Below, piece by piece: positions 14,501 to 24,833 of a DNA stretch of 64,000 bases (positions are counted from its first letter, which is position 1; the number at the start of each line of letters is the position of its first letter). The translations under genes were made by a program, and so were the position numbers. The notes beneath the pieces were generated by a model, which saw nothing but the letters and a program-made list of their open reading frames with translations, was not told the origin of the DNA and searched no databases. The DNA comes from an uncultured Verrucomicrobiae bacterium (GTDB lineage: Bacteria; Verrucomicrobiota; Verrucomicrobiia; Limisphaerales; Palsa-1400). The DNA lies in contig OY969763.1 of assembly GCA_963702845.1 (NCBI GenBank), forward strand, positions 3,552,001-3,616,000. The letters are read 5' to 3'.

Positions 14501-17500
14501 TCGTTTACCGAATTTCTTACAAGGGCTCGCAACCCGAGGAGACAATAGTGCGGCGCTGGGATGCGGAGACGGATGCAGACGGACGGCTCGCGTTCAAATA
14601 CGCGATCCCGAGCGAAGGCCAGTATCGCATCAGTTATGCGACTCGGGATTCGCAAAACGCAGAAGTCCTCGGGAGCGCGGTGTGCTGGGTTAACGGCCCG
14701 AAATTTGATGGACGCGTCTATCGATTCAACGGTCTGGAAATCGTCGCCGATAAGCGCACTTACAAGATCGGTGACGTTGCGCATCTGCTCATCAACACGG
14801 CTGAAAATAATGCGCGGATATTGTTCAGCGATGATGTGAGCGGCGGCGTGCTTGGCAGCTACAGGTTCATTGATATTCCATCTCACTCGATGGTGATTGA
14901 TATTCCCGTTGAGAAAAAACAAGTGCCGAACTTTTTCGTTGAAGCCACGCTCGTGCGCAATGGCCGGTTGCACAACGAATCACGCGAACTATTCGTGCCT
15001 CCAGTTGAAGGGCTATTGAACGTGCAGGTTACGTCGGACAAGCAGACCTACAAGCCCGGCGAGACGGGCAAAGTCTCGGTTGTTGTGACCGACGCAAACG
15101 GCAAACCAGCGACGGGTCAGGTAACGCTAACTGCTTACGATCGCGCTGTGACCTACATTCAGGACGAGTTCGGCCCGAGTCCGCGCATTTTTTATTACGG
15201 ACAGAAGAGGCAGCATCAGTTGCAAGTCCAGGGGTCGGTTAATGAGACGTTCCAGGCGAGCGGCGGGTTTGATAATCCCGAGCAATCTCTCTACACAACC
15301 CGCATGCCTGAGGGGTGGAATGGAGATTGGGGAGTGGCAATAGATGGATTGTCGCTGACCACGGCGGACAGCTTCGCTGCGGCCGGATTTGGGGACAGAC
15401 GTGGAGGTAGGGGCGGAGGCGCGTCTGGCGGAATATTAAAAAGGGAAAGCTTAGATATGGCAAAAAGCATATCGGGGCTTACGGGTGCAAATCGGGAGAT
15501 GCCGGCGAGCGTAGCCGCCATGCCAGCGCAGCTAAATGGTAAGCTGGGCTTTTTTGATTCGTCAATTGCAGGTGCGCCAACACTCATTGAACCGGAGTTG
15601 CGGGTCAATTTCGCCGACACCGCCCTTTGGCAACCCTCTCTTACTCTCGACGCGCAAGGCCATGCTGAAACGAACATCGTGTTTCCACAATCGCTCACGA
15701 CATGGCGCTTGCATGCATATGCGTTGACGAGTCAGACACAAGTGGGCGATTCCACGAACGAAACTAAAACGGCGAAGAACCTGATCGCGTTGTTGCAGAG
15801 CCCGCGATTTTTTGTCGAGCGCGATGAAGTCGTCCTTTCGGCGAACGTGCACAATTACTTGAAGCAGTCGAAGAAAGTGCGCGCGGAACTAATTGTGCCC
15901 GCCGATTTATTTGCATCGAGCGAAGGATCACGCGGCAACGATGGTAACCTTCATCTGTTCGCGAACGCCAAAGTCTCTGCCGACGGCGAGCATCGCTTCG
16001 ATTGGCCGGTCAAAGTCACGAAAGCCGGTCTCGCACACATCACGGTCAAGGCACTGACCGACGAGGAAAGCGACGGGATGCGCATGACCTTCCCCGTTCT
16101 CGTTCACGGCGTGATGAAAACGGTCGCGCAGAGCGGAAGTTATCGCGTTTCGCAGGATGGCACGCGGACGCTTAATATCGAGGTTCCCAAGGAAATCGAT
16201 TCGGAGCAAACACAACTGGAAGTGACACTTTCGCCAAGTCTCGGTGGAGTTATGATTGATGCCCTGCCCTACCTTGCCGGTTATCCATACGGTTGCGTCG
16301 AACAAACGATGAGCCGCTTTTATCCGAGCGTCCTCGTCAAAGACACGCTCAAGCGCATGGGCACGGACCTCGAAGCGATCGCGAAACAACACAAGCAGAT
16401 GAATCCAGGTGATGTGACCAACCGGTTCGGTCGTTGGAACTCGCCGGTGTTCGATTCGGCGGAACTTGATCGCATGGTGAAATCGGGTCTCGAGCGCATT
16501 TACAATTTTCAACGCAGCGATGGTGGCTGGGGTTGGTGGAGTGAGGACGACTCTTCGCCGTTTCAAACGTCGTATGTGCTGCAAGGTTTGCACGCCGCCA
16601 TCGAGGCTGGCGTCGACGTCGATCGCGGCGTTTACGAGCGCGGGTTCCAGTTCCTGCAGGCAAACATCGACGCGGAACTCAGAAAGCCGAAGGACAAACA
16701 AAATCTCGGTGACGTGACGACGCAGGCCGGCGTCGCCTACACGCTTTCACTCGAACACAACATTCAAAGTGACGAGCAAAAGAAATGGCTGACCGGTTTA
16801 TACACGAATCGCGCCGAGTTGAATAATTACGGCCGCGCGATGCTCGCGTTAACGATGAAAAACGAAACGCGCATGGACGAAGCCCACATGCTCTTGCGCA
16901 ACCTGCTTCAGTTCGTCGATCGCGACGACAGCAACGAAACCGCTTGGGTCCGCACATCGCAGACTGGCTGGTGGTTCTGGTGGAACAACGATATCGAAGC
17001 AAACGCCTGGGCCCTGAAGGCCTTAGTCGCCCTCGAACCGCAAAACGATCTCGCACCGCGTCTCGTGAAATGGCTCCTGAACAATCGCCGCAACGGTTAT
17101 TATTGGCGCAGCACTCGCGACACTGCCCTCGTCATTTCCGCAATGGTTGATTACATGCGCGCCAGCGGCGAAGCTGCGCCGGATTACGATCTCACGCTCG
17201 CACTCGATGGCACGCCCGTCCGTCAAATCAAAATCACGAAGAAAAATTTCTTCACGTTCGACAATCGCTTCACCCTTTCAGGCCTGCACGTGAAGCCCGG
17301 CCCGCACACACTCACGTTCACCAAAATCGGCAAGGGCGCGCTCTACTATTCCGCTTACGTGAGCTATTTCACCATACAGGAAGACGTTCGCGGCGCTGGA
17401 AATGAAATTTTCGTCACCCGCGACTATTTCAAACTGGTGCCACAAACCGAAAAAGTTCAACTCGGCAAATCGTGGTGGGGCGATGACAAAGCCAAAGGCC

Positions 17501-17892
17501 GCACGGAAATCCGCGACGGTTATCAACGCATTCCACTCAAAACCGGCGACACCGTTTCGAGCGGCGATAAGATCGAGGTCGTGCTCCATATCACCGCGAA
17601 GAACACTTATGATTTCCTCGCATTCGAAGACATGAAACCGGCGGGATGCGAACCGGTCGAATTGCGCAGCGGCGGACGTTGGGCCGGCGGATTGTGCGCG
17701 AACCTCGAGTTGCGCGATGAGAAAGTCGTCTTTTTTATCGGCCTGCTCGAACAAGGCGAGCACATCCTGCGCTACAAAATGCGCGCTGAAACACCGGGCC
17801 ATTTCCATGCGTTACCGACGAAAGCGTTCGCAATGTACGTCCCGGAAATCAAAGCGATCTCTGACGAAATGCGTTTGAAAATCAAGGACTGA
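11578..17892 (+). CDS. Bacterial alpha-2-macroglobulin family protein with N-terminal TPR-like region (in-frame TAA at 12145-12147)
   Basis: Signal peptide, TDRPVYRPGD (MG2), VEEYKKPEYEV, RVNFADTALW, thioester YPYGCVEQ, QRSDGGWGWW, WRSTRDTA. ORFs 11398 and 12364 are in the same frame. Confidence 0.93.
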
Positions 17893-17893
17893 C

Positions 17894-17927
17894 AAAAAAA
17901 GAGCGCGGACCCAAAGGTCCGCGCTCT
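17894..17927 (-). terminator. Intrinsic terminator for fba
   Basis: AGAGCGCGGACC-CAAA-GGTCCGCGCTCT stem with an A-run on its left, i.e. a U-tract on the minus strand. Confidence 0.85.
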
Positions 17928-17944
17928 ACGAGAATCAGTCTCAA

Positions 17945-18910
17945 TTAATCAAAGGCGTGACCGGCGCAGCAAAGGACGTTCTTCACTTTGTGCCGGACGA
18001 GTTCTTTGACTTTATTACGCGCTGGCGCGAGGTATTTGCGCGGATCGAATTCCTTCGGGTTTTCCGCGAACACCTTGCGGATCGCCGCGGTCATGGCCAG
18101 ACGCAGGTCGGTATCGATATTCACCTTTGTGCATCCCACGCGGCGCGCCACTTCGATGTCCGCTTCCGGAACCCCAGCAGTGTCTTCGCCCATCTTGCCG
18201 CCGTATTTGTTGATTTCCAGAATCAGATCCTTCGGAACACTCGAAGCTCCGTGCAACACCAGCGGATAATCACCCATGCCGGCACTCATCAACGCCTTCT
18301 TGATGTCCTGCAAACGTTGGAGGTCGAGGTGTTGTTCACCTTTAAATTTGTAAGCGCCATGTGAATTTCCGATAGCAACCGCGAGCGAGTCAACGCCGGT
18401 CTGCTTCACGAATTCGACGGCTTCGTCAGGGTGCGTGTAGGCGCCGCCCTTGGAATAACCACCGCCCTCTTCGCCTTCGTCGTGTTGCGCGCCGACGAGC
18501 ATGCCGAGTTCGCCTTCAACGACGCAGTTATGTTTGTGCGCGTATTCGACGACGCGTTTGCAAACTTCAACGTTCTTTTCAAACGGCTCATGCGAACCGT
18601 CGATCATCACGCTGGTGAACCCGTCGTCGATGCATTCTTTGCAAAGCTCGAACGAATCGCCGTGATCGAGGTGCACCGCAATCGGAATATTGGTCGTGCT
18701 AACGGCCGCCTCGATCAGCTTCTTGAGATAAACGGGATGGGCGTATTTGCGGGCGCCGCTCGAAATCTGCAGCATCACGGGCGCCTTCTCTTCTTCGCAG
18801 GCTTCCACGATAGCTTGGAGAAGCTCCATGTTGTTTACGTTGAACGCACCCAGCGCGTATTTGCCCTTGAGGGCTTTCGCAAAAAGATTTTTTGTATGTG
18901 TCAGTGGCAT
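17945..18910 (-). CDS. fba: Class II fructose-1,6-bisphosphate aldolase
   Basis: GAFNVNNME, HLDHG, SVMIDGS, AIGNSHGAYK, LVLHGASS, KVNIDTD. Confidence 0.96.
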   Translation of the reverse strand: MPLTHTKNLFAKALKGKYALGAFNVNNMELLQAIVEACEEEKAPVMLQISSGARKYAHPVYLKKLIEAAVSTTNIPIAVHLDHGDSFELCKECIDDGFTSVMIDGSHEPFEKNVEVCKRVVEYAHKHNCVVEGELGMLVGAQHDEGEEGGGYSKGGAYTHPDEAVEFVKQTGVDSLAVAIGNSHGAYKFKGEQHLDLQRLQDIKKALMSAGMGDYPLVLHGASSVPKDLILEINKYGGKMGEDTAGVPEADIEVARRVGCTKVNIDTDLRLAMTAAIRKVFAENPKEFDPRKYLAPARNKVKELVRHKVKNVLCCAGHAFD

Positions 18911-19106
18911 AGTTTACCTATTTGCCGCTTCGTTTGGGTTGCGGCGATAGTTTTATGTATATTTACAATTCAGCCGAAATTCTATGTAAGGCAAGAGACC
19001 TAGGGGAAGTGAAAAATTTGTAATTTACTGACCATGGATTGCGGCGGTTTGTGAAATAAACATCTTCAGATTGCAAATCACCACTGAAATACTGCTGAAT
19101 TAACCA

Positions 19107-21725
19107 ATGCTAACCCGCTGCAATCTCGTTGCGTTCGTTTGTTTGTTTATTTGCGCGCAGGACATCCGCGCCGCAGTTCGCACCGAGGCCAACGTGCCCA
19201 TCGAGATCACGCTAAATGCGAGGAACGCCCACGTCGACCCGTTCAACGACACGATTGTCGATGTTGTTTTCACCGAACCCGACGGCAACAAAATTCGTGT
19301 CCCGGCATTTTGGGACGGCGGAGCGACGTGGAAAGTTCGTTATGCCTCGCCAAAAATCGGAATGCACCGATGGGTTTCCGAATGCAACGACAAGAACGAT
19401 GGCGGACTCCAAGCGGCCAAAGGTTCATTGCGCGTTTCGCCATATCACGGCACGAATGCCTTCTACGAACACGGCCCGATTCGCGTTGCACTCGATAAAC
19501 GCCACTTCGAACACGCTGATGGCGCGCCGTTTTTTTGGCTCGGTGACACCTGGTGGATGGGCCTTTGTCATCGGCTCCATTTTCCTGATGAGTTCCAGCA
19601 ACTTACGGATGACCGCGTGGAAAAAGGTTTCAACGTCGTTCAAATCGTCGCTGGCTTGTATCCCGACATGTTCCCGTTCGACCCGCGCGGTGCGAACGAA
19701 GGTGGCTATCCATGGGAAACAAATTACACCCGTATCAATCCAAAATATTTTGATGCGGCCGATCAACGCCTCCGCTATCTCGTCGAACAAGGCATCAGCC
19801 CGTGCATCGTCGGGGCGTGGGGCTACTTTCTGCCGTGGATGGGCGTCGACAAAGCCAAGCAACATTGGCGCTATTTGATCGCGCGTTATGGTGCGTGGCC
19901 GGTCACGTGGTGTGTGGCGGGTGAAGATAATCTGCCGTGGTATTTGGCCAAAGGTTTTCCATACGACGATCGTGAGCAGGCCAAAGGCTGGAGTGAAGTC
20001 GCGCGTTACGTGCGCGGGACAGATCCATTCCACCGCATGCTGACGATTCATCCGACCGGCATCGGCCCATGCGACGCCCGTCACGCCGTTTCTGACGACA
20101 CCGTGCTCGATTACAACATGCTGCAAACGCCGCACGGCCAGCGCGAAGCTGTCGCTCCGACATTCAACATTGCGCACAACGCCTACGAGATGAAGCCGAC
20201 CATGGCGATTCTCAACGGCGAAGCCAGTTACGAGCGCTTGAGCGATACCATCGCCACCGAATGGACCCGCGCCATGTTTTGGATTTCCATGATGAACGGC
20301 GCAGCCGGCCACACTTACGGCGCAAACGGCATCTGGCAATGCAACCGTCGCGAACAACCCCACGGCGCTTCTCCACATGGCGGCACTTATGGAAAAATTT
20401 CGTGGGACGAAGCCATGCAGTTGCCTGGTTCAGCCCAAGTTGGTTTCGGCAAAAGCTTTCTCGAACAATTTGCCTGGCGTAGCTGCGTGCCGATGAACTC
20501 TGGAACGTCGTGGGCAACCGCGGGCGACGCACCCATCGCGCCATGCGTGCTCGGCCACAGCAACGACATGCGCATCATCTACGCCATTGCTTCCAAACCC
20601 GTCATCGTCACGGGCCTGCGTGCAAACACCAAATTCTATTATACAGCCTTCGATCCCGTCGGCGGAAATTCCGCAGCGGTAAACGAACTCGTTACCAATG
20701 AAGCCGGCAAGCTCACCATCGAGCCGCCGACGAGTCATGATTGGGTTGCAGTCCTGGAAACGGAAAACACCCAGAGTAGTCTGGAGACATTACTGCAGAT
20801 GGATGACGGAAAAGCCGTCATCACTTCCGGACAATGGAAGACTCGTCGTGACGAGTTGAAACAAACATGGGAGCAAGTGCTCGGCAAATTCCCGGCGCGC
20901 AAACCGCCCCTTCGCACCGAAGTGCTCAATCGCGAGGTCACCCCTGATTTTATTCGCGAACACATCCGCTACCAAATCGAAGACGGGATCTACACCGACG
21001 CTTACCTGCTCACACCAAAACATCCCGCCCGCAAAAATCCTGCGGTTGTCGTATTTCATCCAACCACTCCGCTCCACGCCAAGGGCGTTGCCGGTCTCGC
21101 CCCGGAATATCCCGAAGAAAAGTGGCAAGGCGTGCAATTGGTCAAGCGAGGCTACGTCGTCCTCTGCCCGCGCAATTATATATATGGAGAAGGCGCCGAT
21201 TGGACCGGCAACGCGAATCGCGTGACTGCACGGCATCCGGACTGGACCGGTATGACCGCGATGACCTGGGACGCCACTCGCGCGGCTGACCTTTTGCAAT
21301 CCTTGCCGCACGTGGACAAAAACCGCATCGGTTGCCTCGGCCATTCTCTCGGAGGCAAACAGGCCCTTTACGCTGCTGCCTTCGACGAACGCTACAAAGC
21401 CTGCGTCGCAAGCGAGCTCGGCATGGGTTTAAATTCCAGCAATTGGAACTCGCCCTGGTATTTCGGCGATGCATTGCGCGATCGTCCCGAACTGGACAAC
21501 CATCAAGTGCTCGCGCTGATCGCGCCCCGCCCGTTTTTGTTGCTCGGCGGCGATAGCGCGGACACGGACAACAGTTTACGCTATATCGATGCCGTTGCGC
21601 CGGTTTACGAGTTGCTCGATGCACAAACAAATCTGCATTTTGTGAATCATCGTGGAGGCCACCGCTACTCGCCGGAAGCGCGCGATGTTGCCGAAAAATT
21701 TTTAGACAGCCATTTGAAACAGTGA
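19107..21725 (+). CDS. Secreted DUF5060/DUF4038 (apiosidase-like glycoside hydrolase) fused to a C-terminal alpha/beta hydrolase
   Basis: Signal peptide, PAFWDGG..WKVRY, PFFWLGDTWW, GEASYE and GHTYGANGIW, then a second domain with RIGCLGHSLGG and LIAPRPFL. Confidence 0.8.
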   Translation: MLTRCNLVAFVCLFICAQDIRAAVRTEANVPIEITLNARNAHVDPFNDTIVDVVFTEPDGNKIRVPAFWDGGATWKVRYASPKIGMHRWVSECNDKNDGGLQAAKGSLRVSPYHGTNAFYEHGPIRVALDKRHFEHADGAPFFWLGDTWWMGLCHRLHFPDEFQQLTDDRVEKGFNVVQIVAGLYPDMFPFDPRGANEGGYPWETNYTRINPKYFDAADQRLRYLVEQGISPCIVGAWGYFLPWMGVDKAKQHWRYLIARYGAWPVTWCVAGEDNLPWYLAKGFPYDDREQAKGWSEVARYVRGTDPFHRMLTIHPTGIGPCDARHAVSDDTVLDYNMLQTPHGQREAVAPTFNIAHNAYEMKPTMAILNGEASYERLSDTIATEWTRAMFWISMMNGAAGHTYGANGIWQCNRREQPHGASPHGGTYGKISWDEAMQLPGSAQVGFGKSFLEQFAWRSCVPMNSGTSWATAGDAPIAPCVLGHSNDMRIIYAIASKPVIVTGLRANTKFYYTAFDPVGGNSAAVNELVTNEAGKLTIEPPTSHDWVAVLETENTQSSLETLLQMDDGKAVITSGQWKTRRDELKQTWEQVLGKFPARKPPLRTEVLNREVTPDFIREHIRYQIEDGIYTDAYLLTPKHPARKNPAVVVFHPTTPLHAKGVAGLAPEYPEEKWQGVQLVKRGYVVLCPRNYIYGEGADWTGNANRVTARHPDWTGMTAMTWDATRAADLLQSLPHVDKNRIGCLGHSLGGKQALYAAAFDERYKACVASELGMGLNSSNWNSPWYFGDALRDRPELDNHQVLALIAPRPFLLLGGDSADTDNSLRYIDAVAPVYELLDAQTNLHFVNHRGGHRYSPEARDVAEKFLDSHLKQ

Positions 21726-22345
21726 ACACAGACACGCTTAAAACAGAATTCATTCCCGCAGCCGAGCCCGGCTCAAAACGCCTCATGCTCGTCATGCACG
21801 GACTCGGCGACAGCATCGAGGGCTACCGCTGGATCCAGGAAGCCATGCAAGTGCCATGGCTCAATTACCTCCTCGTCAACGCGCCCGATCCCTATTATGG
21901 CGGCTTCGCGTGGTATGATTTGTATGCCAACGCAGGCGTCGGCATCGAGCGCAGTCGCAAACTGCTTTTCGCGCTCATTGAAGACCTCGTCAAAAAAGGT
22001 CACAAACCATCCGACATCGTCGTGTCCGGTTTCTCGCAAGGCTGCCTCATGTCGATGGAACTCGCGTTGCATTATCCCGAACAATTCGCTGCCATTGTCG
22101 GCATCAGCGGCTACGTGCACGAACCCGAAACAACCGAACTCGCGCCCGTTGCCAAAGACCAGCGCATCCTCATGACGCATGGCACCCAAGACCCGCTCAT
22201 CCCTATCGAAGCCGTGCGCAAACAAGTTGCCATCCTGCAAAAGCGCGGCATCCAAATCGAATGGCGCGAGTTCGTCAAAGCCCACACCATCGCAGGCGAA
22301 ACTGAAATGAAAGTCATTCGCCAATTTCTGAGCGACAAATTCTAA
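21722..22345 (+). CDS. Phospholipase/carboxylesterase (alpha/beta hydrolase)
   Basis: MHGLGDS, GFSQG, HGTQDPLIP and a C-terminal His. The start overlaps the upstream stop. Confidence 0.9.
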   Translation: MNTDTLKTEFIPAAEPGSKRLMLVMHGLGDSIEGYRWIQEAMQVPWLNYLLVNAPDPYYGGFAWYDLYANAGVGIERSRKLLFALIEDLVKKGHKPSDIVVSGFSQGCLMSMELALHYPEQFAAIVGISGYVHEPETTELAPVAKDQRILMTHGTQDPLIPIEAVRKQVAILQKRGIQIEWREFVKAHTIAGETEMKVIRQFLSDKF

Positions 22346-22374
22346 TCGCGCGTAGATTTAGTGGGAAGGGATTT

Positions 22375-23049
22375 ATGGAAACGGCACTCAAACAAAACGC
22401 GCTGAATTCTGAAATCGCAATTGAGGTCGACGGCCACACGCTGGAAGGTGAACTCGTTGTGCCGGATAATGCCAAAGGCATCGTCATCTTCGCCCATGGC
22501 AGCGGCAGCAGCCGCCATAGTCCTCGCAACCAATTCGTCGCCCGTACCATTCGCCATTCCGGAAACGGCACTCTACTTTTCGATTTGCTAACCCACGAAG
22601 AAGAAGCCATCGATCAATACACCGGCGAACTGCGCTTCAACATTCCCCTCCTCGCCGATCGCCTCGTCCAAACCGCCGCGTGGCTGGGAGAACAGCCTGA
22701 AATGGATTCGTTCGGCCTCGGATTTTTTGGTTCAAGCACGGGCGGCGGCGCTGCTCTGGTCGCGGCAGCACAAATCGGCTTGGCCGTCGATGCCGTCGTT
22801 TCACGCGGCGGCAGACCAAATCTCGCGGCGGAGTCGTTGCCGAAAGTCAATTGCCCTACCCTCCTGCTCGTTGGCGAACTCGACGACACCGTCATCACAA
22901 TGAACGAGCAGGCACTGGCCCAGATGCGTTGCACAAAAGAGCTGCGCATCATTCCGGGCGCCACGCACCTTTTCGAAGAACCCGGCACGCTCGAACAAGT
23001 CGCCAGCGAAGCCGCAGGCTGGTTTCACACTTATCTGCATCACCGTTGA
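22375..23049 (+). CDS. Dienelactone-hydrolase-like alpha/beta hydrolase
   Basis: FAHGSGSSRHSPRN, GFFGSSTGGGAAL, VSRGGRP, IPGATHLFEEPG. Confidence 0.88.
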   Translation: METALKQNALNSEIAIEVDGHTLEGELVVPDNAKGIVIFAHGSGSSRHSPRNQFVARTIRHSGNGTLLFDLLTHEEEAIDQYTGELRFNIPLLADRLVQTAAWLGEQPEMDSFGLGFFGSSTGGGAALVAAAQIGLAVDAVVSRGGRPNLAAESLPKVNCPTLLLVGELDDTVITMNEQALAQMRCTKELRIIPGATHLFEEPGTLEQVASEAAGWFHTYLHHR

Positions 23050-23223
23050 TGGCAACGATTTCGGCGAGCCCAACCCGTCGCGCATCCATTCTCGGCGTAT
23101 CAAACAATCAACGGGTGAACGGAAAATGGAAAAAGCAAAAACGAGGAATGCGCCGTTCCCCCAACTCGTCGCCGGCAATGCGCTGGCGTGGCGGAGAAGG
23201 CGTCAACTACTACTGCTGCGAGG

Positions 23224-23258
23224 AAAAGGGCGCGGCTGATTTTCGATCAGCCGCACCC
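23224..23258 (-). terminator. Intrinsic terminator for the SWIB gene
   Basis: On the minus strand GGGTGCGGCTGAT-CGAAA-ATCAGCCGCGCCC followed by TTTT, downstream of the SWIB stop. Confidence 0.75.
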
Positions 23259-23284
23259 ATTGAATTTCAAAACCTCGACGAGGT

Positions 23285-23590
23285 TTACTTGACGTGCTTG
23301 GACACGAGCTTGGTCATTTCGAACATGCTGACCTTTTTCTTGCCGCCGAAGACAGCGGTCAGGTTTGCATCAGCATTGATGTTGGTCTTGACCTTCTTGT
23401 CCTGCAGACCGTTTTTCTTGATGTAAGCCCAAAGCTTTTTCGTCAGTTCAGTCCGGGGCAGCGGCTTGCTGCCGACGACGGTCGCCAAGGTGGCGTCCGG
23501 TTGGACTGGTTTCATGAATGCAGCGTTTGGGGTACGCTTGGTCTTTTTCGCCGGTTTCGTTGCTGGTTTGCTCTTTTTCGTTGTAGCCAT
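23285..23590 (-). CDS. Stand-alone SWIB/MDM2 domain protein with Lys-rich N-terminal tail
   Basis: PNAAFMKP...LPRTELTKKLWAYIKKNGLQD...INADANL..VFGGKKKVSMFEMTKLVSKH. Confidence 0.92.
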   Translation of the reverse strand: MATTKKSKPATKPAKKTKRTPNAAFMKPVQPDATLATVVGSKPLPRTELTKKLWAYIKKNGLQDKKVKTNINADANLTAVFGGKKKVSMFEMTKLVSKHVK

Positions 23591-23952
23591 GCACGTATCT
23601 GAACAGCGAAATTCTGGAATGCAACAATAAAATACACGGTTCTCATTGCTATTTTACCTCGACAGATTTGAAAAACAAAGAAGCAACTAAACGAACACAT
23701 CTGAAGGAGCAATTTCACAAGCCGAAAAAGTCCAGGCCCATTCACGATTGCACTGTAACACGGCGCTTCTTACCAACCCACGTTAAGCGCTCCGAAGTTG
23801 GTTGTGCTCGTCCGCCAACTGCGCTTCACCAGTGCCCGGATCACCTGAGACTTTTCCATTTCAGCTTGCCGACAACGCGAAACATTGCATAGTATTTGCC
23901 ATTGGTTGAATACCTGAAAAGGCATTCGCCAACTCTTGAATTTAGCGTGGAT

Positions 23953-24028
23953 GGGGTCGTAGCTCAGTTGGTAGAGCGTCTCGTTCGCAATGAGAAGGTC
24001 AGGGGTTCGACTCCCCTCGGCTCCACCA
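23953..24028 (+). tRNA. tRNA-Ala (anticodon CGC)
   Basis: 76 nt GGGGTCGTAGCTCAGTTGGTAGAGCG-TCTCG-TT-CGC-AA-TGAGA-AGGTC-AGGGGTTCGACTCCCCT-CGGCTCC-ACCA, with a G3:U70 pair and encoded CCA. Confidence 0.97.
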
Positions 24029-24107
24029 TTCTTCGCGCTTTCCTTTTTCGTAATTGCCTCTCGTCCTCCCCCGAATTGACGCCGCCCTCAAATCACACCA
24101 TGCTTCT

Positions 24108-24674
24108 ATGACAGCTATGAAATGGCTCCCTTTGATTTTAATCGCCGGCGTCATGCAATCGTTCGCCGCAGATCCGGCAAACACCAAAACGAATAAACAA
24201 GCTATGGTCCAGGTAAGATTTCTCGACGACAAAGGCCAGGTCGGCCCTGTCACTTCCATTCCCAAAGTAGTTAAAAGCGACGAAGAATGGAAAAAGCAAC
24301 TGACGCCAGAACAATACCGCATCGCTCGCGGCAAAGGGACCGAACCAGCTTTTTGCGGCGCGTTTTACGACAACCATAAACCCGGCGTTTACGTCTGCAT
24401 CTGTTGTGGTCTGCCCCTGTTTACGTCGGAAGCCAAATTCAATTCCGGCACCGGTTGGCCCAGCTTCTTCCAACCTGTCGCCAAAGAAAACGTCATCAGC
24501 CATTCCGACACCAGCTACGGCATGCGCCGCACCGAAATCCTCTGCGCGCTTTGCGACGCGCATCTCGGCCACGTCTTTGACGACGGCCCAAAACCGACCG
24601 GCCTCCGTTATTGCATGAACTCCGCATCGTTAGTCTTCAAGGAAAACAAAAACCTAAAAGACGCCACCCATTGA
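24108..24674 (+). CDS. msrB: Peptide-methionine (R)-S-oxide reductase with N-terminal signal peptide
   Basis: [41 protein letters not shown], and two CxxC pairs. Confidence 0.94.
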   Translation: MTAMKWLPLILIAGVMQSFAADPANTKTNKQAMVQVRFLDDKGQVGPVTSIPKVVKSDEEWKKQLTPEQYRIARGKGTEPAFCGAFYDNHKPGVYVCICCGLPLFTSEAKFNSGTGWPSFFQPVAKENVISHSDTSYGMRRTEILCALCDAHLGHVFDDGPKPTGLRYCMNSASLVFKENKNLKDATH

Positions 24675-24677
24675 TTT

Positions 24678-24788
24678 GTAGTAGACGAGGTAACGAGTTT
24701 CTGATCTTACGTCGTGCAAGCGCCGTAGGCGCGCCATGTCTATAGAATAAAATCAGAAACGGCGGAAGCTCCGCTAGGAGCGACACGT
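24678..24788. repeat. Intergenic REP-like hairpin units
   Basis: Direct pair AAGCGCCGTAGGCGCGCCATGT (24718) and AAGCTCCGCTAGGAGCGACACGT (24766), each with a 5-bp hairpin, preceded by GTAGTAGACGAGGTAACGAG. Confidence 0.5.
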
Positions 24789-24833
24789 CGTTTTCGGCGA
24801 AACCAACACCCCTCGAACTTCGGCTGGAAAGCT

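Noticed and set aside
13879..14973. Long antisense ORFs (also 19425-20378, 29799-30713, 36788-37957)
   Set aside because: They are shadows of well-supported genes on the opposite strand, as expected with this codon bias.
23050..23950. Small ORFs either side of the SWIB gene
   Set aside because: Short, with no recognisable motifs or convincing start signals.
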